Source of the DNA: Vicugna vicugna
Lineage: Eukaryota
NCBI GenBank assembly: GCA_013265495.1
Contig: MU058221.1
Location: 3,224,001-3,288,000 of the forward strand
Direction: 5' to 3'
Length of the DNA stretch: 64,000 bases
Shown: one piece after another, positions 1-11,580 of the stretch
Layout of the letters: each line of letters begins with the position of its first letter
Numbering within the stretch: position 1 is the first letter of the stretch
Notes under the pieces: model-generated
Seen by the model: the letters and a program-made list of their open reading frames with translations, nothing else
Told to the model about the DNA's origin: nothing
The model's database searches: none
Program-made: the position numbers and the translations under genes

Positions 1-297
1 AAGACAGGTCAGTCAACCCATGAAAGACACGCCTGTACCTTCTAACTAATACACGGCCACGTGGCTCCACCATTTCCAGGGCCAGGGGCTCTCTCTTGGT
101 ATAAACAGTCCATTCCACTGTTGCACAGCTTTAGCACTATTTCTCAGTTTCATGGAAACCTGCTTCCTTTTACCTTCCAGGCAGATGAGCAACGCAAACG
201 TGACATCCTTGGTGATGCTGGATTGGGAGGTGGGTGTAAGTGTGGCAGAGAAAGCCTGTTCATATTGGATCTGTGTTGCTCATGAATTTTTTTGGTT

Positions 298-1295
298 GTT
301 AGTTTCCATCATGGTCCCATTTATTACATGATGTTATTAGACACCAAAATCTGGTGCTACTGGTGCTCATTCCCACTGGGGTATCATTACTTCTAAGCTC
401 TATCAGCTGACAGAGCATGGAAAAAATATACGTGTATATACGAACACTTGTATGCATTCGTATTTCTGTAACAGCGATCTGCATCTGTATTAAGCTAAAA
501 ATGAGTCTGTACTGATTTCTCAAATTCTAATCCGTCACCACAACCTCCCCCCTTTGCTTATCTGTACCCTTCCCCTACGACAGTGAACAACTTGCCTACC
601 ACAGTTGCCATCCATTTACTTGATTTTTCATTTCTGTGATGCATGTTTAATTGTTAACCCGCATCCCCTTGTATACACAATTTGATCAACTGGCGTACAG
701 AGTCCCATGCACTTAAGTAAAGTGACGTTTGCCTCTAGTTTTATAGATTCCACTTTCCAAGGTTACTTAGGTCAGCAGCCTCTTCCCTATTCCCTCCAAG
801 GAGGTTCTTCCATACATTTATAATACAGTTATATTATTTTTTCACCTTCTTAATTCCACCAGGGTTTTCCACCACACTTCTAAATTTGACTATGTTAAGT
901 TTCTTTTTTTTTTTTTGGTGTAAAGTTCAATGGGTTTTGACAAATATACAATGGAACATATTCACAATTATGGTTTCTCCACCCTAAACAATCCACCATG
1001 ATTTAGCAAGCCAACCCTGCCTATCTTCCTCTTAAAATCTGGCAACTGCTAATACTTTTTTACTGTTTCTATAGCTTCGTCTTTTCCGGAATGTCATATA
1101 ATTGGAATTATATTGTATGTAGTCTTTCAGACTGGCTTCTTTAACTTAGCAATATACATATTAGATTGAACCACATCCTTATGGCTTGATAGCTCATTTC
1201 TTTTCATCGCTGCATGGTATTCCATTGTATAGAGGTACTATGGTTATCTCATCCATTCACCTTTGAAGGACATTTTAATTGCTTCCAATTGTTTC
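298..1295 (-). mobile_element. Old LINE-1 (L1MC/L1MD-type) 3' region, degraded
   Basis: Matches remembered L1MC/MD 3'-end consensus in antisense, e.g. ACCAAAATCTGGTGCTACTGGTGCTCATT...CAGCTGACAGAGC and GAATGTCATATAATTGGAAT...CTGGCTTCTTTAACTTAGCAATA. Confidence 0.75.
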
Positions 1296-1344
1296 TGACT
1301 TTAAAGTTTTTTTCTCACCTTAGTTACCATCTGAACTGACTTAG

Positions 1345-1650
1345 ATACTTTCCCTCCCACTTTTTGCCTGGGACTCTCTTAATATTGTTCCAGTCTCAGC
1401 TTAAATGTCATTTCTTTATGGAAACTTTTCTTCACATTTACAGTATATCCCATTTAATTCTTTCTTATAATTTATTTTTTGGAACCTTAGCAGTACCTAC
1501 TGCTATTTGCACGCCACACTGTTGGCTGACTTTAACATTTCTCCCTTGCATGACTGTAGTCTCATTCTGATTGATTCAGCTCTGTATCCCCAGCACCTAC
1601 TAATGGTTTGGCACATAGTAGGTTCACAATATGTGTTTGTTGAACAAATC
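1345..1650 (+). mobile_element. L2 LINE 3' fragment
   Basis: CTCAGCTTAAATGTCA...CTGTATCCCCAGCACCTA...GGCACATAGTAGG...TTTGTTGAA, the typical L2 3' terminus. Confidence 0.75.
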
Positions 1651-1664
1651 TGTTAGTCAACCAC

Positions 1665-1790
1665 CTCAGTAACTGACATAGATGTTCACTTTTTACTGGG
1701 AAACTGAGAGTAGGCCAAGTTAATAGATTTGCTCAAATTTATATCGATAAGAGTAGAGCTGAGATTTAAGCTAAGACATCCTGATGTGAA
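1665..1790 (-). mobile_element. MIR SINE fragment
   Basis: GGAAACTGAG...AAGTTAA...TTGCTCAA...AGAGCTGAGATTTAA, MIR core in antisense. Confidence 0.6.
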
Positions 1791-3880
1791 CGCAGACGTC
1801 CCTCCCCTTAGTGGTGCTGAAGTTAAGATGCTGCCCAGAGGAAGACGGTGTGGCCCAGCTCAGAAGGGCGCTATCTCGGAAAACAACCGCCTTGCGCACA
1901 TGGAGGTAAAAATGATCTAATCAAAATCTTAAAGAACTTAATAAACTCTTCTAAAGTTTACGTAATTTTTAATTATTAATGAATTTTAGGTTAAGAGGAA
2001 AGTATTAATTTGAGTGTAAAACTTATTGTCATGTTTAAAGCTATTTTTTCAGATTATTTGTGCCCGGGGAATGGTCATGTTGTTGCCTCTGTATATTTTC
2101 CTACAGTAAAAACCCATGAGTCTCTACTCACTAGAGGGAGAGGAAGGAGTTCCACTAGGCTTCAAACTTTCAAAAAATTTTTTCGCCTAACAGATAAAAT
2201 TGAATCTATTGCCACTGAAGTCAAGGCTGGGCCCAGAGCTCTAATTCTGCGGCTTCCTCTTTCCTGCCTGGGATAGTTTGAAAGTCCTTCTACAGGACCT
2301 TTAAATCCATTTTACACATGGACGAAACACACGCACCAAATATATCCTAAGGTTACAAAAATGGACCACGTCCATCATTAGCATAGCAGCCCTATCTGTT
2401 AACGATGGTCACTTTACAGAACCATCCGAAACCACCAAAAATGAGGGACTGCGCAATAAAAAGATCGCACGTTAATCACTTCAGTTGCAAAATTAATTTT
2501 CAGTCGTTTTTCTATGTTCAGAATATTTAAGCCCCAAAGCACTACACGAGCCATTTTTTCCTACTAGAATCAAGAAGATTAAGAAGAGCGATAAAGGACC
2601 ATTAGTTCACCGAGTCCATTTACCTCAATTGCAGAGCAATCTTTGGTCATGAGGCTCTATTTGATTTTTTTTTTTTGTTATTTTCTGTCATCCTTAAATT
2701 CAGCTTATTTTTACCACATCCTTGGAATGAGATTCCACTGTACAGTACAGTGTGCTTATTGTTTTTATTTCTTTATTTTTTTATCCCCGGAGTCATATAC
2801 CAAGAAGCTACCTAGAAAAATGAAAAGTCGTGCTTCCGTCACTCCCGGTCTCCTGTCCTGGCACCGCCTCTCCCTCCCTCTGCCATCATCAGCCTTCTTG
2901 GAATGAATGGAAATTATTCTGCCTGGGACATAAGGATGAGATGCAGACATGTTTAGCAAGCAAAGCCATGTACGTTTGTGCATCATCCTCATCTGAACTT
3001 GGTTCCACGAATATGCGTACTGGTCTATGCGCTTGAATAGCCATCTTTTTTGCCACAAAAGAAATCAGTCAAAAGTAAATTCCTTCGGTTTAAATGTGTA
3101 GTCTCTACCCTAACGGAGAGACTGCCAGCACATGATTCAGTTGATAAGGACGAGAATATTATTTTATTATGAAAGCAGTACATGCTCATTTAAGGAAAAA
3201 GATTAAATGATTTAAGCAAACAGTCTAATTATATATAATCATATAATCACACTGCCTGCGTATAATGCTGTTATTCTGTTAATATTTATTTATTGTAATA
3301 AAATAACAAAATATTTAATATGTTGATAGCTATTCAATGTATGATTATATTCTGTAAAATTTAAATGACTGCCTCACAAATGGGGTGACATGCATCTATC
3401 CCATATATATGACCAACATTATGTCTAAAATTCGATGCAAATGCTAGATCATATTTTATTTAATATCTATACATAGCTGTTTTTAGATTTTGCCTAATTT
3501 TTCACAATTTCAAACAACTCAGCGATCTATATCTCCTTACACATGGATTATTTCCCATTACACTGCCTTCAGGACAGCTTACTATGAGTGGAATTTGTAT
3601 CAGCACCTGAGCATATTTTTCTCTTACATTCAACACTTTTATTAAATACTCTGGAAGGAAATATTTTACTAATTTTCAATCATACCTGTAGTGCATGAGA
3701 TTCCCCATCAATTAAAATTTTTAAAATTTTGACCAAGCTAAGAAGCAAAGCATTTTTACATTCCTTATTTTTAGTTCTATTTCTGGTGATGTTGAATGTT
3801 TTTACAGATTTATTGAATTTTTTTTATTTCTTCTACACCACAGGAGTCAGACATACTGAAAGGAAGACATAACTTACATA

Positions 3881-4002
3881 TATGTATTTTATTTTATTTT
3901 GTTTTATTGAGTTACAGTCATTTTACAATGTTGTGTCAATTTCCAGTGTTGAGCACAATGTTTCAGTTGTACATGAACATACATATCTTCATTGTCGCAG
4001 AC
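3881..4002 (-). mobile_element. Young, heavily 5'-truncated L1 3' end (camelid-type)
   Basis: T-rich tail then TTATTGAGTTACAGTCATTTTACAATGTTGTGTCAATTTCCAGTG; imperfect TSD AAGACATAACTTACATA (3864-3880) / AAGACATAATTTATACA (4003-4019). Confidence 0.8.
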
Positions 4003-4039
4003 AAGACATAATTTATACATTACCTACAATCTGTCACAA

Positions 4040-5170
4040 ATTATCAGAGAGATGATTGGAGATACTAAGACGAAAGCTTGAGAAATAATGTGTATTTTCT
4101 TTTGTTGAATGAAGCAGTCTGTTGATGTGCATCTATCCAGTTGAGTAATGGCGTCTTGAGTGCCCCTAAGTCCTTACTGATTTTCTGCCTGGATGTGTCT
4201 CTTGAACTTCCATCTCTCTGCTTACCGTCGTCCATCAGTTCTTGCAGCCTGTCTCCGTTACCCAGCAGAGCCGCTAGCATGGTAACTGCAGATGCTTTAA
4301 ATTCCAAGCCTAATCATTTCAAAATTCCTGCCATGTCTGAGTCTGGTTCTGACGCTTGCTGTCTCTTCAAAGTGTCTTTGTTTGTTTGTTTGTTTGTCCG
4401 TCTTTGAATGCTTCATTGATGGTCAGACATGATGCACTGAGTAAAAGAAAACTGTGTGAATTGGCCGTGAGTAACGAGCCGGGGAGGTGTGGAGGGGTTC
4501 TAGTCCTCTGATGAGGTCCAGGTCTCTCGGCGAGCTTGCGCCTGGGGACTGTGACCGTCACAGTGACTCTCAGTCCCTCCGCCCTCCCTGGGTGCGACCG
4601 GATAACCAAAGTGGGCCGGAGGCTGGCATTTCCCTTCCCGAGGTCGGGTAACCGCTGCTAACACTCCCGGAGGTTAGGCTCCGATGAAGCCGCCTCCTCT
4701 GAGGACACAGCCTGCTAAGAAGCCGAGAATGTTCCTACGCATTTCAAAATGGCTTGTTTCCCCCTTCAACCTGCATGAGCGGATTTTTCCCTGACCTTCC
4801 CTCTGAGCTCCCGGAGGTAAAACCCGCAGATGTCTGGGAGCCGCTGCGGCTGGTGGCGGCGTCCTGCCAGAGCTTCTCTGTCTCCGGCTTGTCCTCGCTG
4901 AGCCTCCGGCATTCCATCGGTCACAGTCCAGATTTCTCAGCCCCAGCACTGTCCTCACAGGGGTTTTTGCTCATGGGTCTCGCCTCCAATAAGCTGTGAT
5001 TCTCCGTAGTTCTCTCCAATTTTAGGGTGACACTTGTCCCTGTGATGTCTTCTCTTACAGAGCTAAGAAGGGTTGTTTATTTTCCAGTTGCATTAGCTTT
5101 CTACTTGTTGTCAGGATGGAGTGAAGACTTTCAAGCTTCTTACATCCCAAAATGGAACTGGAAGCCATTG
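4040..5170 (-). mobile_element. Old L1M (L1MC/L1MD-type) 5' region plus an ORF2-start fragment
   Basis: AATGTGTATTTTCTTTTGTTGAATGAAG...TCCTTACTGATTTTCTGCCT and CCTGCCATGTCTGAGTCTGGTTCTGA...AGGATGGAGTGAAGACTTTCAAGCTTCTTACAT resemble L1M 5'-end consensus in antisense. Confidence 0.65.
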
Positions 5171-5856
5171 TGTGTAATTTACCACAAGTAAAATAAAAAA
5201 TATATATATTTACAAGAAACTTATGGAATAATATAAATAGCATATTACTGCTTTTACAGAAAACACACACATACCTACCTGCATGCATTTGTAAAAGTAC
5301 ATTTAATGTTAAAAATCTGTGATTTCCAGGAAAGGTATCGGGAAGGGAAGAAGTACATTTTTCACTTTTTATATTTCAAAAATCATTTGCAAGTTTAAGT
5401 ATGCACTTCACTTTTAAATCAAAATCATGAAAAATCGGAAAACATGCAAAATAATAAAACACAGCAGTGTTCAGTATAACTTCTCACGTGAAGTGAGAGC
5501 CTGACAGACGCAAACTCGTAGCATTCCTCTCCTCTGTCTCCGGCTCAAGTTCTTTACTTTGGAAATTCCGACAGCTGCCAACCCCGATCTCATATTTACA
5601 CGCGATGCAGAATGAAAATCACCGCCGATGGTCAGTGCGGGAGCAAGAGAGTGGGAAGTCTGTGTCCACAGGGGATACGGATGGATAAGCAAAGCTCCGA
5701 ACCACTACCCCAGATATCCTGCAGAGACCTCCTTCTCCGAACCTGTCTAGACTGGTGTTCGTTTTGGCCACACTGCATTGTAACACTTTATTACCTGGCA
5801 ACGGGAAGCATGTAAGTTACAGCCCCACTCTTGCAGTACCCAGGTTAGCTCTGCAC

Positions 5857-5949
5857 AGCTTTACTTCCAAGCTTTCTGTCAAAGCTTTACTTCCAAGCTT
5901 TCTGTCAAAGCTTTACTTCCAAGCTTTCTGTCAAAGCTTTACTTCCAAG
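5857..5949. repeat. Perfect 26-bp minisatellite, about 3.6 copies
   Basis: Unit AGCTTTACTTCCAAGCTTTCTGTCAA at 5857, 5883 and 5909, partial copy at 5935. Confidence 0.97.
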
Positions 5950-7750
5950 GTGGAGCGGATAACGCCACTGCCCTTCCCACTCGAGCAACTTTCCAGTCTC
6001 CCGTTTCTCCAGCCTCCTTTTCATTAACTGCCAGCTGTATTTTTTCCACCTCATTTTTGGGTGATCAAGGTTGTATGGGGTCTGCCAAACACTTAGTTTT
6101 CATGAAGCCCAGTTCTAGTAGTTTTAAGAGAGAGAAAGCCACTACTATTGGAATTACTCTTACTGTTGGTCCGTTACTGTTGGTTCTTGGTGGGTGTGGG
6201 CGCTGGGGGACGACACTGGACTTCACCTACGGAGTGAGTTCTCCGGCTTGTTAAGATGGTCGTGTGCATTCCTCCCCCCTCTAACTTCAACATAGTCTCA
6301 ATAAAACTTCTTTATGGTTCATATTCCCCAGGAGAATTTGGACATTTCCACAAAGCAAAGAGCAATGCTAAAAGGATACAATTTAAGAGTGAACTTCAAA
6401 ATTAACTCTGAAGGACGAATATATTTATTCAGTGGAGCAAAGCCGGCAGAACCCAGAAAATTACAACAGGTGTGTGGCAGCCATGCCCACGAGCCTGGTC
6501 TGTTACAGCCTCACGTAGAGCGGTAGAATGTATTGTTCAAACAGCGCTGATAATATTTACGGAGAACGTTCCCACAGACAGACGACCGCATGCTTTTTTT
6601 TTTTTTTGGTATTCTGCTTTATGATTCAGAAAATCCAGCAAATTAACTGCTCCACTTTGGTCAAAGGATATGTTAATGGATTTTCATTTTCACACCCTCC
6701 TTAAAGCAATTACGTTTAACTTCGATTTCTTTCCTTCTCCCAGTTCCTTCTACAGTCCTTACTGGCTTTGGAGTCATCGAGCCTGACACCGAGGTGATGA
6801 AATTTCCATCTCAAAATGGAAAATGTCATGTAATTTCTAAGTGGCTTAGAAAATAGAGCTCTCAATTTTGTTACACCAGGCAAAATAGAATTACTTCTAC
6901 TGACCACTTTTTTTGGTGAATGCTGTGGTTCCAAAGCCTCTCATTAGACAGTTAGTTCATCCTTAAACCCTCTTTCATGTTACAGAATAAATGTGCACAT
7001 ACGCATAGACAGACAGGTGTATGCATATTTATAGATATAGGCTTGTTTGTTGATTGACTTTTCCATAAAAGCGTATCCACACACGATCGGAATGGGGAGG
7101 GGAGACGACCACTACCCAGCGGCCTTTAAGGTCCTGCCAAAGTGGGCCGTGTAAACAGGTGGAATAGAGAATGGAATTCTTCGTGGAATGGAGCACAGGA
7201 TGCTGCTCAGCCTAAAAACACCACCTCATCTAGGACTTTTTTAAGGTCACTGTTTGAACGAAAAACTACTTTCCAGAGAAAAGATGTTCCGTAAAGACAA
7301 GCGAAAATACTGTGAGGGGAGAAATGCTCCCAGAACGTCAGGTCTAGAAATGCTGACACTTTTAATTTCAACATTTTTTAGAGACAGCAAGTACTTAAGA
7401 GCCAGAAGGTGTATGTATGGTCGGAATTAAAGACTGAGATGAAAGAGACGTGACAGACAATGGAGAGAAGCAGAGGATGCCCCGGAAACCCCACTGCCTG
7501 GGTAAAATGACTGCCTCCCCCTCCACTTTCTGAGGAGTGGTGAAGACGGGGCAGGAGCGGGGCGGGCACGACCTAGGTGCACACACACACCTACAAACGG
7601 TCTTCTGTTTGAATGAAGGTCCCCCACCTTCTCGGTGGCTTTTATTGCCCTATCGCAGCGCTTTGTACAACCAGCCACTGAGGACTGGGGCAGCTAAGTA
7701 AGGCCTGGGGCACCTGGGAAGTTTATTTTTATAAATCTGAGTCCTAATTC

Positions 7751-8351
7751 TTGCTGGTAATTAGGCTCTTGTCTCACTGCAGAAAAAATTCAGAGACAGG
7801 GAGATTAAGAAAGTGAAGTGAGGATTTATTAAGGGATGGACAGCACACTCTCAAGGGGGGAGCAGGCAGGCTCAGGTGAGCGGCTGCCATGAGTTTCTTT
7901 GGCAAGTTGGTCACATAGAATGTAAAAATGAATGGGCAGAATATTCACTGGGGAGGGAAGGGTTTGGGGTCACATTCCCTGATTTTCATCCAGCTCCACC
8001 TTCCTGAAGAGAGCAGGGATTTTTGTCCTTATTTAGTCTGGATCAGAAGTGTCATGGCTTCGGTACGTCTAATCTGCAAGGCTAGTTCTCCTATAATGAG
8101 GGTATTATGAGCAAGAGATTATATTCGGACTCTGGAGATTCCTGCCTTTTTCCCACCTCCCCTTGTCAGCGTCCAGGCCACTTGTCACCCCTACATATGC
8201 GATCTCTTACCAGTCCTCTCTCGTCAGTCTGGAGACTCCTGCTTTTCCATCTGCCCAAGGACCCCAGTTGTTCACAAGCTGTATGGTCTCCTGCCACGTG
8301 GCCCGTGCGCCCCTCTCTCTGCTCACATCTAGCTGTCTGCCTGCTCTGACA
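7751..8351 (-). mobile_element. ERV solo LTR (about 600 bp)
   Basis: Minus strand starts TGTCAGAG; AATAAA on the minus strand near 7825; flanked by TAATTC (7745-7750) and TAATTC (8352-8357). The left terminus reads TTG rather than TG. Confidence 0.75.
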
Positions 8352-11079
8352 TAATTCCATGCTGACGTGGATGCTGGGGGAGGACCGACGGTGTGCGCTT
8401 CATGCAATTCTCACCACCACTCGAGGGAAGTGACGCTGGCTGACAGGCGTGGTCTTACACAACTCTCCTGTTTGTAGACGTACAACCTAACAGCAGATCT
8501 CAAGTTCTTACTATTTAAGAAACTTTCATAACTTGATAGGATGGGAGGCCACACACAGGCAGCATGGTGGTCACCGCTGGTGCTGCGTAAGTGAATGGAC
8601 GAGTAAACAGATGGGATGCTGTGCAGTATGTCAGATCGCGGAGTCCCTCCGCTTGTTCCGGGGATGCACTGAGCAGTTTTAATAAAGACCACGACTGTAG
8701 GAGACAGAGCAGGCAGCTGCCCCAACCCCTCTGTCATCAGGCTTCCCGGCAGTCCACCTACAGAAATCAAGAGAAAAAGAGCTTCTCTAAAATGACTGAC
8801 CTTGTCAACAACATCTGACCTCTGGAGGGTCACACATTTGAGCCTTCGGAGTTCACAAGCGCCTTCTTTCAAATAGTAACTTTACGTCTCATTCAACCTC
8901 TCAGTTCAGGAATGCGCTCAGTCATGCACGGACAGGTGTCGAGCAGTATTACGAATATACGTGGTTTGTGTGAATCAGCAGCGAAAATCACACTGCCTAC
9001 ATTACATCTGTGATGAGGAAGAGAAAGGATAAGGGAATGTAATGTTCAGATAATCGGGCATTTGAAGCCTTTATCAAAAGAGGAGCCTTGTTTACAGAGT
9101 GGCCAGGCTTTATCAGTCACTGAATAACATGAGATGTCTGTCTGTCTATCTATCTATCTATCTAAACTTAAGTGGGTGAATAATTGCACACTAATGCCAA
9201 CTGATCGATAATGCGTGCTGACAGTTTTGGTTTTGGAATGATAATGAGGTCACATCCGGGTGCATCTTCATTGCCGGTTATAACATTAATTAATGGAACA
9301 TGGCAGCGCAAGACTGCAGTGGCCTTCCCCACAGCCGTGCGTTCTAAGGGATGCGTATGTAATGACAATGAAAGCATGACGCACGCCCCACCTCCCCCTC
9401 CACACCAGGGCCACGCAGCTGAACACAGACAGGGCGGGGGACCCGTCTGCCTCTCTGTCAGCTTTGACCCGTGTGCCTCTCAAGCCGAGGCTTTGCTGAC
9501 GACACGCGCCCACCGCCACGAGGGGCGTTCTCTGCGGTGAGCCGGTGGCCGGGGAGCAGGGGTCACTCCATCTTTACCTCTCCCTTTTGTGTTTAACTGC
9601 ACATGCTAAGGACGGGGATTCACCTCTCTATCTGGATGTGTCTCGGGGTTTGCTGTGTGAGATGTCTTCACTGTTCTCACATAACCTTTCCTTTGAACGG
9701 AAACTGCCCCCCTCCACAAAGCAGAGCGGCCCAAAGAGACCAACGTTCCGCCTCTTTTCCAGACGTTGTGAAGGAGCGAGCGAGTTCCCGGAAGGCTCCG
9801 GACCAGTTTCACCGTGAGATGTAAAAGACAGAGATGCGTCCTCAGCCCAGCCAGAAACTGGTGAGCGCTCCGAAGTGCACGGCTAGGAATTCCTCGCACG
9901 GTGCATTCGTCCTGCTGACGATCAGGCACGTGCCGTTTTCATTGTCATTTAACCAGACGCCCGATGTTCCCCCACAGACCCTCAGAACGGCTAGTACCTG
10001 GCGGCGAACGTCACTCCACTGGCGAGATACTTGTTTTGATATCTTTTAACAATTGCTATAAATCTGTAAAATGTGCGGCAGTTGTGCTTTGGGGCGGGAA
10101 TGCGTTTTTTCCTTCATTTTGAACTTCACAGCAAGCTCGGCCGACCCTGGAGGCAGAGATCAGAGACGGCGTGTCTGTCCTGTGGCACAAATACGCCAGG
10201 GTCCCGGTGTTAGGGGCAGCAGAGACCTCAGAATTCATCCAGTTGACAGTTACTGAAATCTGCAGAGCTAATATCGCTGAGCCTCTGATACAGCTGCCTT
10301 AAATGCGATTGTTAAATTACATTTAAATTTTTCTTGACCTATTATTTAATAGCCAAACGGATTCCAGAAACCAAATTGCCAAGTCAAACGTTCTTTCCAC
10401 GCCATGTCCACTTTTACACTAAATCTTACCGGTCTTAATTTTCAAGGAAGGAAGGGGAAGGGAACCCTGATTCGCGTGTGTGTGCCTGTGATGAATAAAG
10501 CACAGTGCTCAATATTGCCCTGTGTGCCTACCCCACTCTTCAGAATGCTCCTCCTGCAACTTATGTATGACCACCACAGGTTTTTGTATTTTAGGAAAGT
10601 AGCATTAGAGTGCTCAGTTACTTCTGTCCAATGTCCCACAGTTAGGTAGCCAAGATCCTCCTTTGTACAATTCTGTTTCCAAAGGTCAACTGCAAAGAAT
10701 CTATGAATTCCCCTGGCTCTCTTGCTGGGACGTCCTAGGGTGTCCTGATTAAACGCTGAGGATCAGTGCCGGGGTTTATCCATCTTCTTTGCTGTCCTTC
10801 TTAGTCTGACCCATGATTTTCTGGGACACGTAAGTCAGGAAAAGGACAAAAAGAGAGTGTGGGGAGAACAGCCAATGAGAGGGCGTGTGCGCTGCCTCTG
10901 CGCCATCACTGTGGCTCTTATCTCCTCCTCCCAGTGGTGCTCACCTCTTCTCGCTGGTGCCATCCAGGTGGCACAGGCTTGTCTGTCATGACTTACGGTT
11001 CTGCTGCAGAACCGCGTGGCTTCACTAGTTGTCACTGCTCAGGGCCAGAACGTTCCATGATTCTTTGTTGTCATTCTTA

Positions 11080-11580
11080 GGGAGTTAGATCACTGGGGGC
11101 ACTGGGCAGATAAGGTGGAGGAGAGGGGGCAGGGTCCGGAAGATGGCGTTATTCCTGCCTCCAGCCTAAAGGGGCTTTACTTCCTCTAAACGAGTGCCAG
11201 CAAGAAACCAGCTATAACCCAACAGCCACAACTGTTTGGTAGCGACAAGGACCTAACCGGACACGACCCAGTGCTCACTGTAATATAATTAGCACTGCGC
11301 TTTACGCCCCTCCACGGGCCCTTCTGTGCGCATCACTGGTAAGGACGTGCGCAAAAGGGGACAAACGTGACTAAGCATTCCAGGGACAAGAGCTGTCAAT
11401 CAATCAAAAGACCACCTCTAAGAGAGGGTGTAAGACAGGGGACCAAAGGCCCCATTCTCCCCTGGATGAGCCCGCTCCCCGTTCTTGGAGGCATCCTTTC
11501 TCTTTGCTAAATCCTTTACAATCTTTTCCTGCACGACACTTCGTCTCCCACCTGAATTCCTACCGTTCGGGGCAACGTCA
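11080..11580 (+). mobile_element. Probable degraded ERV1-type LTR
   Basis: AAGATGGCG motif near the start and an R/U5-like GAGCCCGCTCCCCGTTCTTGGAG...CTTTGCTAAATC...CGTCTCCCACCTGAATTCC; termini and TSD not resolved. Confidence 0.4.

Noticed and set aside
5755..6027. ORF with internal repeats, and a possible CRISPR-like array
   Set aside because: Caused by the head-to-tail 26-bp minisatellite; there are no unique spacers or cas genes and the context is eukaryotic
8411..8872. 153-aa minus-strand ORF
   Set aside because: Non-ATG start, no recognisable domain and no convincing splice boundaries
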